DNA from: an uncultured Candidatus Saccharibacteria bacterium
Lineage (GTDB): Bacteria; Patescibacteriota; Minisyncoccia; Phycocordibacterales; CAZTPW01
DNA length: 54,356 bases
Direction of reading: 5' to 3'
NCBI GenBank assembly: GCA_964615725.1
Contig: CAZTPW010000004.1
Coordinates: 1-54,356, forward strand
A model generated the notes under the pieces. It was not told the origin of the DNA. It did not search any database and was given only the letters and a program-made list of their open reading frames with translations. The translations under genes were made by a program, and so were the position numbers. This document shows, in pieces, positions 26,161 through 36,567 of the stretch (the stretch's first letter is position 1; each line of letters starts with the position of its first letter).

Positions 26161-27456
26161 TTAGTTGAGTTTGAGGCTCCAGAGAGAACCATCTTTTTTG
26201 TTTTTAAAGAGAAGGAAATTTTCCTGAGTGTCGAGCTTTAGGTCAATACTATCTATTTTCTGGTTCACGAGACTGGTTGGATTTGCTATCTCTGTCTGTG
26301 TGCCTGTTTTTGTGTTGATTCGATAGAGTTTGTCGCTGAAAGAGGCAACCCCTTGATACCAATCATCAGGGTAAAAACCAGAGGGTATTTGGTTGGGTAC
26401 TGCACAATAAAGCACGTCCTTTTCTTTTTTACTCCACACACACTTTTCAGGCATGGTAGTGAGTGAAAGTTTTGATGATTGCGCAGTTGGAATACTGTAG
26501 AGTGCGGTCTCGATGACAGTATTTCTTGAATAAGCATAAAGGACCTGATTGTTATCTGGTGAAATCAATGCAGTAAGGCCAGCGAAGCCGCCGATGATCT
26601 TATCAAGTCTACCGGTGCTTGTGTTGAGGGTGTAGAAGTTACCGGGTAGTAGGTAGGTTGGTTTTGAAAGAATTGTTGCGAGACTATCTTTTGGGAGCGA
26701 TCCACTCCATTCAGCAAGAGGTGAGCTGAAAATTTGAGTCTTTTTACTTCCATCTGCTTGGGCAAAAACCGCTGAACCCTTATCCCCTGCTTTTGTAATA
26801 TAGAAGATTGAATTACCTGATGCGGTGTAGAGTTCATCAATGTCTTGAGGTAAAAATGTACTCTTAATATCGTATGAAGCAAAGCTTACACCGTCTGTTG
26901 AGCTGGTTGCGCGGGCTTTCTGAATAAGTTTTCCATATACGGTCTGGATAGTTTCAGAGCCATCAGCAACATACCTGAGATACACAACATCCCCTTTTGG
27001 TGACCACACCGCCTCTTGTACGACAGGTATATCGGTGGACGTAAGCTTCAAGACCGCAGCGTCTCCTGTTTGAGTTTCATAGGTCTGTCCCTTTGTAACT
27101 TCAGTGTAGCGAACAACATTTTCAGTCAGCTTCGCACCTTTTTTTGTTGGGTCAGGAACAGTCCGTTCATAGGTTACATATCCCGCCACCGCATTTTGTG
27201 AAATTTGTCGAAGACGAGGAAGTGGAATTGGTTCATCAACAAGAGGAGGGGTTGTTGTCGCGTTTGGATTTGTAGATGTGGATGTAGGTCTGTCAGGGTT
27301 TGTAGGACGAGTCGGCCTGTTTGGGTTGTTGGGATTGGTATCAACAGGGCCAGGAAGGACACCGGTTTTTGGAAGTATGAAGAAAAACACAAAGAGTGCA
27401 ATGATGAGTGCCCCGATGATGCCGCCTATGAGATAAAGTGTAGTTTTCTTTTGCAT
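26161..27456 (-). CDS. Membrane-anchored protein with Pro/Thr linker and probable beta-propeller
   Basis: N-terminal TM segment, PTRPT/PNNP linker, repeated WSP/ISPD-type blades. Confidence 0.8.
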   Translation of the reverse strand: MQKKTTLYLIGGIIGALIIALFVFFFILPKTGVLPGPVDTNPNNPNRPTRPTNPDRPTSTSTNPNATTTPPLVDEPIPLPRLRQISQNAVAGYVTYERTVPDPTKKGAKLTENVVRYTEVTKGQTYETQTGDAAVLKLTSTDIPVVQEAVWSPKGDVVYLRYVADGSETIQTVYGKLIQKARATSSTDGVSFASYDIKSTFLPQDIDELYTASGNSIFYITKAGDKGSAVFAQADGSKKTQIFSSPLAEWSGSLPKDSLATILSKPTYLLPGNFYTLNTSTGRLDKIIGGFAGLTALISPDNNQVLYAYSRNTVIETALYSIPTAQSSKLSLTTMPEKCVWSKKEKDVLYCAVPNQIPSGFYPDDWYQGVASFSDKLYRINTKTGTQTEIANPTSLVNQKIDSIDLKLDTQENFLLFKNKKDGSLWSLKLN

Positions 27457-27458
27457 AG

Positions 27459-28547
27459 CTATTTACAAGGGACTGATTTTATTTGCCTACCCACCCGAAT
27501 CGTCTTGGTGTCGTGATTACACTTATCGCGATAATCGATCGCATCTTTGAGTTCTTGAGATTTCGCCACAACAGCATCCAAAATATCTTTTTTAGCGTCT
27601 GTTTTTGCCTTTTCAAGCTTAGCCGCCACTTCCCCACTTGCAGGGTCTGGGTTGAGGGTAATTGCGTCGATATCAGCTGCCATGATTGATGTGGTATCAA
27701 TCATCTTTTGTAACTGCTGTCGAGCCTGAAGTATGTTTTCTTTTGTGGTACCCTCTCCTATTAAAAGGCGGATATTACCATCGTATTCGTTGAGTTTTAC
27801 ACCAACTTCAAGGCGAACGGAATTGATCTTTGAGTTATTCTCAGTTGAAACACCATCGTAGGTGGTTGCTTGGAGATTGAAAATAGTGGGGTTTGGTGTG
27901 CTTGGTGTTCTTGGGCTGTTAATATTGTTTTTTACCTGGTTGATGAGTGCTTGTTGGGCCGGTGTCAATTTTCCGTTATTTGCGCTTGGGGTAAAGGTGG
28001 TTGGGGTACCAGGAAGGTTTGGGGTGACTGATTTGATATTGTTGAGGCCAGTGAGATCAGGGTTTATGGTATAGAGAATCAAATATGATGAAAGCGCAAT
28101 AGCAAGTCCGATGAGTGAGTTCTTGATTCGGTCCATACCATCAGTTTTACCAAGCTCGCTCGCTGAAAGCATGTATTGGAAACCACCAACAGTAATCATA
28201 ATAACCGCTGCTATTGATGAAAGTGCAATGATAAGCTGAAAAAGACCCTTCAGGTAAACAACATAGTTTGTCTTACAATCAGTCGCAGAGGTTTTGTCGC
28301 AATTTTCATTAACGAGTGTTCCAATGATAGGTGCGAGCGGTGTAATATTGTGTACCTCTGGCTGAGTACCACCTGTCGGAGTGCCCCCACCCACACTTGG
28401 GCTTAGGGGTACTGTTGGAGCTGCGGCTGGACCACCAATTGGCTTCCCTCCTACTGTTGCATTAGGGTATATCTGGGCATTCACCACAAAACCATGAAAA
28501 AGTGTGACGATACCAATTGTGAGAATGAGATGTTTCCAGTGTTTCAT
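27459..28547 (-). CDS. Pilin-domain protein (TrbC/VirB2-like) with C-terminal extension
   Basis: Signal peptide; two hydrophobic helices flanking GGFQYM.SA...RIKNSLIGL...LILYTINPDL. Confidence 0.75.
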   Translation of the reverse strand: MKHWKHLILTIGIVTLFHGFVVNAQIYPNATVGGKPIGGPAAAPTVPLSPSVGGGTPTGGTQPEVHNITPLAPIIGTLVNENCDKTSATDCKTNYVVYLKGLFQLIIALSSIAAVIMITVGGFQYMLSASELGKTDGMDRIKNSLIGLAIALSSYLILYTINPDLTGLNNIKSVTPNLPGTPTTFTPSANNGKLTPAQQALINQVKNNINSPRTPSTPNPTIFNLQATTYDGVSTENNSKINSVRLEVGVKLNEYDGNIRLLIGEGTTKENILQARQQLQKMIDTTSIMAADIDAITLNPDPASGEVAAKLEKAKTDAKKDILDAVVAKSQELKDAIDYRDKCNHDTKTIRVGRQIKSVPCK

Positions 28548-28556
28548 AAGAATAGT

Positions 28557-29726
28557 TTAAAACGAAACTTCCGAATTGTTTAATTTAGTAATAGCTATTG
28601 ACGCCTCAGCGCTTGCTCGCTGGAAGACTCGATCTGTGTGTCGTGCCTCAACACTAATCTGTGCTGTCCCCTCTTGCCCTTCCTGAGTGCTGAACGAAAT
28701 TTCAGGTTTTGTTTGTCCTGAAAGTGCCGAACCATTAAGGAACCAAGTGTATTTTGTGGATGCTTTTGGTGATAGTGAAGAGTAGAAATATGGCACCGCC
28801 GCAAACTTAATTTCCTGTTTTGTGAGATTGAATATCGAATTAATAGCACTTTGGAGCTGGGTACCTTTAAGTGGGCTTACCTCGTAGATAAGTACTTTTG
28901 GAGCAATTTGGGTGAGGTATATACGTTTTGTCGCTTTGATGGTGCCGTCGAGTGACGATGCCTCCACATCAATTTGCGTTCCATCAAGTGGTACTGGGTC
29001 TTCGAGATAGATGATGCTTTTTCCAAACCCTGAAACCTGGTTCATAATCTCACCATCTTTTTTCCACTTATAGACCATGGTGTTTGGCGAGATTTTTGTG
29101 CCAGCTTGCATCATGTTGGGAACTGCTACCAATTTAATTTTTGACTGATAGGAAGGGAGCGCTCTTCCTTTATAAAAAGGTGGTGTGTAGGTCTGTGCCT
29201 CCCAAAGAATATCAACTTCAGCAGGACCAATTTTCATGTTTTGTGAGCTGATATTGCCATCTGATGTTTCAACGGTAATGGTGAGATTTGATACAACCCC
29301 AAGATTTCCGGTGGTGAAATTGAAGGTCTTGATACCAATTCCCTGCTCAAGCACCTTGCCGTTTAGGGTCCAGGTGATTTGAGCTCGATTGAGATCAGTT
29401 GCATAACTTTCAATTCGCACCTCAACGGCTTGGTTTGGTCCAGGTATTTCTGGGTAGAGATCAACTGTGAGTGGAATTTGTCGATAGATATCAGTGTCAC
29501 CGTTATTGTAATATTTCAAAATATCGAGCGAGGTATTACCGTTTTGATAGTCGGTAATATCTTTGATCATCTGCTCATAAGGATCTAGGGGTGCGGTAGT
29601 TGTGGGTGTTGATGTTGCGCTAGGGGCCTGAGCGTGAAGCGGTGTTGAAAATACCACGGAGAGGGTTCCTACAAGAAGGGTCAATAGTACGTATTTTCTT
29701 ACTGATATGAGAATATGAGCCACCAT
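28557..29726 (-). CDS. Exported protein with repeated Ig-like domains
   Basis: Signal peptide ending HAQA; repeated YxW/xTWxLNG beta-sandwich motifs. Confidence 0.8.
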   Translation of the reverse strand: MVAHILISVRKYVLLTLLVGTLSVVFSTPLHAQAPSATSTPTTTAPLDPYEQMIKDITDYQNGNTSLDILKYYNNGDTDIYRQIPLTVDLYPEIPGPNQAVEVRIESYATDLNRAQITWTLNGKVLEQGIGIKTFNFTTGNLGVVSNLTITVETSDGNISSQNMKIGPAEVDILWEAQTYTPPFYKGRALPSYQSKIKLVAVPNMMQAGTKISPNTMVYKWKKDGEIMNQVSGFGKSIIYLEDPVPLDGTQIDVEASSLDGTIKATKRIYLTQIAPKVLIYEVSPLKGTQLQSAINSIFNLTKQEIKFAAVPYFYSSLSPKASTKYTWFLNGSALSGQTKPEISFSTQEGQEGTAQISVEARHTDRVFQRASAEASIAITKLNNSEVSF

Positions 29727-29777
29727 ATAAAGAGATTTTACCACAGGATATCCACAATGTAATTCACAGATAGTACC

Positions 29778-30353
29778 CTAAGCGGCGAGACGCTCATCTT
29801 CGAGAGCGGCTTGAGGCTTCTCTTGGTTTGCGAAGTCTTTCCTTAGGTCAACCATATTTGAGACTTTTCCTGTTTTGGTCGTATTATCAAGCGCTTTTTG
29901 TGCAATTGATGATTTGAGACGATTGAATGCGCCTTGCGCCTGGGGTAGTTTTGTGGGCAATTGTGGCCCTCCCCCACCCATTTTTGCTTGCGCCGCCATT
30001 TTTACCATCTGACCTACCGCACCTAATTGGCCAGCAAATTTGTCGATATACTCCTGCCCCTTTACTGAAAGGAGAATAAATATCGCATCCATCACCCAAA
30101 CCCCTTCGCCGGCAAAAGCCTCAATACCGAAACAGGAAATAATACTAATAACCCGAGTCTTGGTAAGCTTAATGCCACGTACTCGACAATAAAAGAGGAG
30201 TGAACATGCCACAAGTACGTCTATGAGCGGGTTTACAAATAAACCAACACCATAAAGTGCATCAAGTCCTATCTCAACGAGGTCGATCATTACAAAAATA
30301 CCTATGAAGAATCCCCATGCGGTATTCGACATTGGCTTACTACCTTTTTCCAT
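29778..30353 (-). CDS. Membrane hypothetical protein (T4SS-like cluster)
   Basis: Three hydrophobic segments plus basic tail; TATAAT 7 nt before the ATG. Confidence 0.78.
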   Translation of the reverse strand: MEKGSKPMSNTAWGFFIGIFVMIDLVEIGLDALYGVGLFVNPLIDVLVACSLLFYCRVRGIKLTKTRVISIISCFGIEAFAGEGVWVMDAIFILLSVKGQEYIDKFAGQLGAVGQMVKMAAQAKMGGGGPQLPTKLPQAQGAFNRLKSSIAQKALDNTTKTGKVSNMVDLRKDFANQEKPQAALEDERLAA

Positions 30354-30376
30354 GGCTTTTATTATACCCTACCCTC

Positions 30377-32197
30377 CTACTGAATTCCCATTTCAGCTTT
30401 TTTCTTTTCAATCTCGAGGATTTTTGATGGATCTGAAGTGATGATTTGGTCCTCTGCATATGATGCGATGACCTTGATAGCAACGTGTTTAAGTCCTACG
30501 AAGAAAAGCCCCTCCCCCACATCTGATTCAAGCAAAAGGTACTTTTCTTCATCGGTGAGATTGAACGTTTGCTGGAGTTTGTCGATCGAAGTTGGTGACT
30601 GCTTGAGGAGAATCTGGATAGAAGAGTTGGTAATGATCGGTAGACCATAGGGAGATTTCATAAAGTCATCCACGTCCTGAGTGATGGTTGCAAGTCCAAG
30701 GTAGTATTTTCGTCCTCGCTTTGCCATACCAAGGAGGAAGGATGCTGTGTCCTCTGATTTCATCATCCACCATGCCTCGTCAATTACGAGAAGGCGCTTT
30801 CGCTTGTTTTTTCGCACTGCATTCCAGATATAGTGAGTCACAATATACATCGCTACCGGCTTGAGCTCATCTTCCATGTCTCGAAGTGAGAACACCACGA
30901 ATTTATTGTTGATGTCGACGTTGGTTGGGCGGTTCAAGAAGCCAGACCATGTACCTCGAGTGTACTTAGTGAGTCGTTGTACAAGGGATTCTGCACCTTC
31001 CATGCCAGCAAGCACGAGCTCAAAGTCTGACATGAGGGGCGGCTCAATGTTTGCAAAGTTTGAATCTGCGGTGATGTCTTTGAGGGCGTAGGTTTCAGTA
31101 ATTGCTCGGTCGATGATTGCATCTTCCTCAGGGGTAAGACCACCGAGCATGATTCGGAAAATACCAACGAGGTTGATGATGTTTGATCGGAGTACATCAG
31201 CTGCAGACTCATCCTTTCCCGGTACTGGGAGATCGAATGGGTTGATGTGGTGAACTGAGTTTAGAGAAATATTGAAGTACTTCCCTCCTGTTGCCTGGGC
31301 CATGTATTCGTATTCTCGTTCTGGGTCGAGCACAATCACTTCAGTATCGAACATGAGTGTTCGCAAGATTTCGAGTTTAGTACAGTACGACTTTCCGGAA
31401 CCAGATTTTGCAAAGGTGATTGAGTTGTAGTTTTCGAGTGAGAATCGATCGAAAAGTACAAGGCTCGAGTTGTGGCGGTTTATACCATAGAGAATTCCGT
31501 TGTTTGAGGTGAGGTCAAATGATGTGAACGGAAATACACTTGAGAGCGGAGATGAGTTGAGTTTTGAGTGGACGCCAAGCTCGTCGGTGGCGATAGGAAG
31601 AACACTCTTGTAGCCCTGCTCTTGCTGGAAGAGCGCCGGTCGTACGTAAATGAGTTTTGATTCAAGGATAGACTTGATCTCTGACTCGAGTTTGTCGAGC
31701 TCCTGCTCATTTTCACCATAGACTGAGATATAAAGGCCAACATCGAAGAGCTTCTCCTGCGCCTGCATGAGGTTGTCTCGGAGATTTTCGAGGTCTTGGT
31801 ATGCCGTGTCGAGCATCGGGTCTCGCACAAGTCCCTGCTCCTCCCGTCGGTGAATCTGACTCTGCACCTCGGCCACTTTTTTTTGAAACTGACGAAGTAC
31901 TTTTTGTGTTTCGACAGGGTGAACAAAGATTGAAATATCAAAAATTTTATCGAGGTTGATGATTGGCGAAAACCATCCTTCTGAAATAAAACGAGGATAT
32001 GAAATAACAAAGAATGTGCGTACAAGCTTCTCCCCTACGCTCAGCGAGCGGGGTGTGACCTTGATGGCCGATGGAGCGATAATGTCTTTTAGCTCAAGCG
32101 TGCTTGCTTCGTAAATATCTTTTGGCAATACCGTAGCCGTGCCCGGTGCTCCCGTGCCTGGTGTTGATTTTCCAAAAATTTTAGAAAAAATTCCCAT
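30377..32197 (-). CDS. VirB4/TraC-like ATPase
   Basis: Walker A AKSGSGKS, LDPERE, Walker B LLVIDEAW, RKYY, TQD. Confidence 0.92.
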   Translation of the reverse strand: MGIFSKIFGKSTPGTGAPGTATVLPKDIYEASTLELKDIIAPSAIKVTPRSLSVGEKLVRTFFVISYPRFISEGWFSPIINLDKIFDISIFVHPVETQKVLRQFQKKVAEVQSQIHRREEQGLVRDPMLDTAYQDLENLRDNLMQAQEKLFDVGLYISVYGENEQELDKLESEIKSILESKLIYVRPALFQQEQGYKSVLPIATDELGVHSKLNSSPLSSVFPFTSFDLTSNNGILYGINRHNSSLVLFDRFSLENYNSITFAKSGSGKSYCTKLEILRTLMFDTEVIVLDPEREYEYMAQATGGKYFNISLNSVHHINPFDLPVPGKDESAADVLRSNIINLVGIFRIMLGGLTPEEDAIIDRAITETYALKDITADSNFANIEPPLMSDFELVLAGMEGAESLVQRLTKYTRGTWSGFLNRPTNVDINNKFVVFSLRDMEDELKPVAMYIVTHYIWNAVRKNKRKRLLVIDEAWWMMKSEDTASFLLGMAKRGRKYYLGLATITQDVDDFMKSPYGLPIITNSSIQILLKQSPTSIDKLQQTFNLTDEEKYLLLESDVGEGLFFVGLKHVAIKVIASYAEDQIITSDPSKILEIEKKKAEMGIQ

Positions 32198-32215
32198 ACG
32201 ATATCTTATTATATA

Positions 32216-32851
32216 CTACCGAAGCTGAATCGGCTTTTCAGCGTCCCCAGGATTGAATATTTTATAGAAAAGCTCAATGATTTCCTCGGTACCAAGCTGC
32301 ACTGCACGAATTCCACATCGAGTAAGACCCTGCTCCACTACGCTAATACGTTGCTCAAGCTGAGATTTATTCTCAATAAAACTATCTGTCTGCTCAGGAT
32401 TTTGTGCCGACTCAACCTTTTTTGCCCCAAAAAGTCCTTTTGATTTTGTTGCATTAATGATTGCGGGAGAATACGGCACCACAACAAAGAAACTCTTGGT
32501 CATAATGCTCTGTTGCTCGGTGAATTTTTTGATGAACTCGATGTATTCTCGAGTCTGGAGCTTAAAGAGCTCCCCTGTCTGCTCCTTATAGCGACTCTCA
32601 AGTAGAGCAATGTAGGGGCGAATATCAAGGCGCCGTGATTCGATGAAGATTTGCACAGGAAAGTCGAGTGAGTTCAAAAAATTTTGAAACTGAAAAATAA
32701 TTGCTTCCTGGTTTTCTTGAGATTTGAGGGCAAAGTTGAGTGATGACGTAAGAAGAATAGCTCGCATTGAGCCGTCGTTTAAGATCGCGATACCATCGCG
32801 TGCTTCTTTGAGGGGGACGAATTGTTGTGACGCACTTGAACGAATTGCCAT
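32216..32851 (-). CDS. VirB4-associated (TraC N-terminal-like) protein
   Basis: INFALKS..QEAII..FQNFLNSLDFPVQI pattern resembles the N-terminal half of VirB4; lies between PrgI and VirB4. Confidence 0.7.
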   Translation of the reverse strand: MAIRSSASQQFVPLKEARDGIAILNDGSMRAILLTSSLNFALKSQENQEAIIFQFQNFLNSLDFPVQIFIESRRLDIRPYIALLESRYKEQTGELFKLQTREYIEFIKKFTEQQSIMTKSFFVVVPYSPAIINATKSKGLFGAKKVESAQNPEQTDSFIENKSQLEQRISVVEQGLTRCGIRAVQLGTEEIIELFYKIFNPGDAEKPIQLR

Positions 32852-32856
32852 ATATA

Positions 32857-33282
32857 CTATTTTTCTTCTTTAGTGACTGGATTGAGCGATTCTGAAATAT
32901 CCAAACTCCATGTCATGTCTTTTAGTTTACTATCACCAAGCTTGGGAACATAGAGGCCAGACTCACTATCTTGTGCCTGCTGGCTCGCAACAGGCTTTTT
33001 CTCATTCTTTTTCCAAAGATAGAGCTTATCCTTTACGAAATACATGAACGCACTCTCGAGAAGGACAACGAAAGCTTGTTTTTCGTTGGGTTTGTAGAAA
33101 GCGAGCGCAAGGGCAAGTGCTGCAAATGGAATACAGAGAAAGATTGCGATATAGATCGGGGTAAATTTGAAGACAAGGAAGACAGCTCCCGCTCCACCTG
33201 CAAGGTAAATAAACTGTTTTATCGTAAGCTGACCGAAGATTTTGTCTTCGACTTCGATAAATTGTGGAACTTGAAACTGCAT
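32857..33282 (-). CDS. PrgI-family (VirB3-like) membrane protein
   Basis: MQFQVPQFIEVEDKIFGQLTIKQFIYL followed by two TM segments. Confidence 0.88.
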   Translation of the reverse strand: MQFQVPQFIEVEDKIFGQLTIKQFIYLAGGAGAVFLVFKFTPIYIAIFLCIPFAALALALAFYKPNEKQAFVVLLESAFMYFVKDKLYLWKKNEKKPVASQQAQDSESGLYVPKLGDSKLKDMTWSLDISESLNPVTKEEK

Positions 33283-33301
33283 ACCTCCCTATTATAGCTG
33301 A

Positions 33302-34126
33302 TTAGAAGCTTTCGCGGTATGGATCGTTTTGTTTTTGTGTGGATGGAACGGTCTTTATTGTTTCTTCACGCGTCTCAGTCTTTTTGAGCGATACAACGTT
33401 GCGGAGCTTTGCCATTGCTATTGGGTCGGCCTGTACATCAGCCTTCATGGTGTGCATCATTGGGGTTTTGGGATAGTAAGTTGGTGATGGTGGTATTGCG
33501 GGATTTTGTGAAGGTGGTTTGGGAACTGAACCGAGGCCTGAGATAGGTGGCTTAGGAACGCCAGCCATCGCTGCTGGGCGGGATATTTGGGTGGTTGGTG
33601 GCTTTGGCACCAAAAACTGAGCTTTTGTTGGGTTTGGGACAGGTTGTTTTGCTGGAATTGGTGAGAGAAGATGTGAAGGATCTTCAATGCGCGCAAGAAT
33701 ATGCTCCTTGTCCGAAACGGCAACGGAAGTTTCTTTTACTACAGACTGAAGGGTTGCTTCCCTGCCCGGCACAGACATGTCGGGATCCTCCTCACCCTCA
33801 TAAGCTTTCATAAGGGCTATGATGTTCGGTTTTAGAATTTCTCCCTCAAGAGCTATGGTGAGAGCAGAAAGATCATTTGCTTCAATACCAAGGGAATTTT
33901 TGAGGCGATCTTTGAGTGCAGATCGGTACTCCATACCGAGAAAAATAAGAATGAGTATCCCCTCAATACGACCAGCGAGTTCTGGGTTGAGGTTGAGATT
34001 CCCGAGAATGTTGATAATTGACTTATGAAATGAGTCAGCAAAAACAACATCTTTGAGTTCACGAGGTAGATTTGCTATTCGCGCATCAATCTCGGCTGGA
34101 TTTTGAATCGAGGTGTCGATTTTCAT
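33302..34126 (-). CDS. Hypothetical protein with Pro-rich C-terminal half
   Basis: Helical N-terminal domain, repeated PKPP motifs, terminal DPYRE. Confidence 0.8.
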   Translation of the reverse strand: MKIDTSIQNPAEIDARIANLPRELKDVVFADSFHKSIINILGNLNLNPELAGRIEGILILIFLGMEYRSALKDRLKNSLGIEANDLSALTIALEGEILKPNIIALMKAYEGEEDPDMSVPGREATLQSVVKETSVAVSDKEHILARIEDPSHLLSPIPAKQPVPNPTKAQFLVPKPPTTQISRPAAMAGVPKPPISGLGSVPKPPSQNPAIPPSPTYYPKTPMMHTMKADVQADPIAMAKLRNVVSLKKTETREETIKTVPSTQKQNDPYRESF

Positions 34127-34128
34127 AG

Positions 34129-36546
34129 TTATTTTTTCTTATCGTCTTTCTTTCCTTCATCTTTTTTCTCGCCCCCACCAGATTTTTTTCGTTCTTCTTT
34201 ATCCTCAAGTCGTTTTATTTCTTGCTCCGCATTTCGACGAGCTCGCTGTGCATCCTGGATTCTTTCAATATCTGTCTTAATTTTTGCGTAAGCCTCGATT
34301 TTACTCTTCATTGAGCCCTCAAGCTTTTCTTTAATCGAGGTCTTCTCTGCGGCGTCAGTAGGCTTTGGAACACCTAGACTAGCGCGGCTTTCAATCGCAG
34401 CGAGATTGCTTTCAAGACGTTTTCGCTCATCGGCAGGCATAACACCTGCAGAGAGGTCAATGGTTTTGAGTTCAGCTTCAAGATTCGCAATTCGATTTCG
34501 CTCTTCCTCGATGAGGTGCTCATTGAGTTCTCGAACAAATTCAAGCTCTTCATCCTCAAACTTTGTTTCCTTATTAGCAATTTTCTTTGCAATATTTTTT
34601 GCAATGTCCTCACCTTTCTTGCCCTGTTTTTTAAGGGCAGTCTGAAGTCCACTATTGAGGCCCGCCTCACCACCTGCCATCGATTTGAGATGCTCAAGTG
34701 AGCTGTTGACACTCTTTGCAATGAGTTCACGCTGCTTTTCCATATTTTCTGCATCTTTTTTCTCCTTATCCGCTTCTTTTCCAGATTCTTTAAGCTGCTT
34801 TGCAATTGCTTCTTCCCCAGCCGTTCTGTAAGAGCTGTCTCGTGTTACACCACGCACGATCATACCACCCAAGCTACCTGTTTTTTCGGCTTCGAGGTAT
34901 CGATCCATGATACTCGCTTTTCTGTTGGCGAATTCCTCATCGGTTTCATCAGCTTTTTTCTTAAGATCTTTAACGTAATCTGCTGTCTTTTTGTAACTCT
35001 CCTTTGCGTCTGCCTTCTTGGTTTTAATTGCTTGGTTGTAACTATCCCCAAACATCTTTGCATCAGAAACACTTTCAAGGTTTCTACGAACGCCTCTTCC
35101 GATTGTTGGTGACCAAGCCTCAAGGCGCTTCACGAATTGTGAATTCGCAGCCATATTCGCACCCTTTCCAACAGTACCTCGGCTCAAAACACCAAGTGTC
35201 ATATTTGTTCCCTTTTTCTTCCAATCCATCAAAGTATCAGCGCCCAACGCACTGTACTCCTTTGCCTGGGTGAGTGACTGAAGCATGAATGAGATGATGA
35301 TGATGAAGTTCAAAATAACCCCAAACATATGCTCATCAGGATTTTTTGAGGTAAAAAGCGCAGCAAGACCGTTGAATGAGAACGGATTTGAGGCTGTAGG
35401 CATAATTGTCGATGTATATGCTGGACTGTTGAGGATGCTGAAAGCAATCCAGAGGAAAAGCATGAATACTGGAGGGAAAATCGCCACATCCATAAGGTCT
35501 TTCCACCATGAGTTTGAGTAGGATTTGAGTTGAGGAAGTACTCGACCTGAGAATGCCAAAGGTGAGAGGACAAGGACTTTGATGATCTTCACAAGTCGGA
35601 GAATGAGCATGATAGCTCCTGCTAGGAAGGTGAAAATCGTGATGAGCATAAGGAGCGCTCCCCCACCGAGTGTGATCAAGAGGTTTGGAATATCAACAAG
35701 ACTATGATTTCCAATCGCCATCTGTTTTGCAAAGTTGAATGCTGATGATGCTCCATTATCAAAAATACTTGGGAGGTTGAGGCCTCGCATAATCATTCCG
35801 CTGATGCCGTTGATTGATCCTGAGTTTGGAATTTGATCCCAAATACCAACCGCCACAACACTCGAAACGTCGAGAATAACTTTTGCAATAACCATGCTGA
35901 AGTTCATGAAAATCGCGGCAATAATAAGGTTGCCCACCGTCTCTTTGAGGTTTACTTTATTGGTACCGAGAATCGTATTCACCGCTGCCCAAAGCAGGAT
36001 GAATATGAAGAACATGTTGATGAAATCACGAAGTACCGCCCACACGTTTTGAATGACCGGATTGAGTGTTGCGAGTGTCTTTGGCAGTTCAAGAATACTC
36101 AACTTGATTGCAAAGTTCATAATCAAACCAGCGCCTCCTGTAATCCATGCAAGAATTTGAAGCGCAAGAACTCCCGCCACTTTCAGTGCTCGCGGGATCA
36201 TGTTTACTGGGTTTAGGAAATTCACAATACAATCAAAACCACAATCTTCATCACCACTTGCGTTCGAGCTATTTACCTCCGCATCATCCTTTTTTACAGC
36301 ATCTTGGCGAGCTGATTCAACTTGAAATTCGCTAAGCTGATTCCCATCCTCATCATAGACAGGTCTCTCGTAGTCGATCGACTTTAAATCTTCTCGGGTC
36401 AAAGCATTACCACTCGAATCGTAGAGTTTTGCCCCTGTGTTGTCGGTATATACCGGAGATTGCTGTGCAAAAGCAAATGATGGGGTGATGATGAGAATCA
36501 ACCCAGTGATGAATGCTACGAGGATTTTTTTATAATGTGTGCTCAT
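34129..36546 (-). CDS. VirB6/TrbL-like polytopic membrane protein with coiled-coil C-terminus
   Basis: Signal peptide, W..LRDFINMFFIFILL, about eight TM helices, K/E-rich tail; located in the VirB4 cluster. Confidence 0.78.
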   Translation of the reverse strand: MSTHYKKILVAFITGLILIITPSFAFAQQSPVYTDNTGAKLYDSSGNALTREDLKSIDYERPVYDEDGNQLSEFQVESARQDAVKKDDAEVNSSNASGDEDCGFDCIVNFLNPVNMIPRALKVAGVLALQILAWITGGAGLIMNFAIKLSILELPKTLATLNPVIQNVWAVLRDFINMFFIFILLWAAVNTILGTNKVNLKETVGNLIIAAIFMNFSMVIAKVILDVSSVVAVGIWDQIPNSGSINGISGMIMRGLNLPSIFDNGASSAFNFAKQMAIGNHSLVDIPNLLITLGGGALLMLITIFTFLAGAIMLILRLVKIIKVLVLSPLAFSGRVLPQLKSYSNSWWKDLMDVAIFPPVFMLFLWIAFSILNSPAYTSTIMPTASNPFSFNGLAALFTSKNPDEHMFGVILNFIIIISFMLQSLTQAKEYSALGADTLMDWKKKGTNMTLGVLSRGTVGKGANMAANSQFVKRLEAWSPTIGRGVRRNLESVSDAKMFGDSYNQAIKTKKADAKESYKKTADYVKDLKKKADETDEEFANRKASIMDRYLEAEKTGSLGGMIVRGVTRDSSYRTAGEEAIAKQLKESGKEADKEKKDAENMEKQRELIAKSVNSSLEHLKSMAGGEAGLNSGLQTALKKQGKKGEDIAKNIAKKIANKETKFEDEELEFVRELNEHLIEEERNRIANLEAELKTIDLSAGVMPADERKRLESNLAAIESRASLGVPKPTDAAEKTSIKEKLEGSMKSKIEAYAKIKTDIERIQDAQRARRNAEQEIKRLEDKEERKKSGGGEKKDEGKKDDKKK

Positions 36547-36567
36547 ACAATACATCTCCAGCGAATA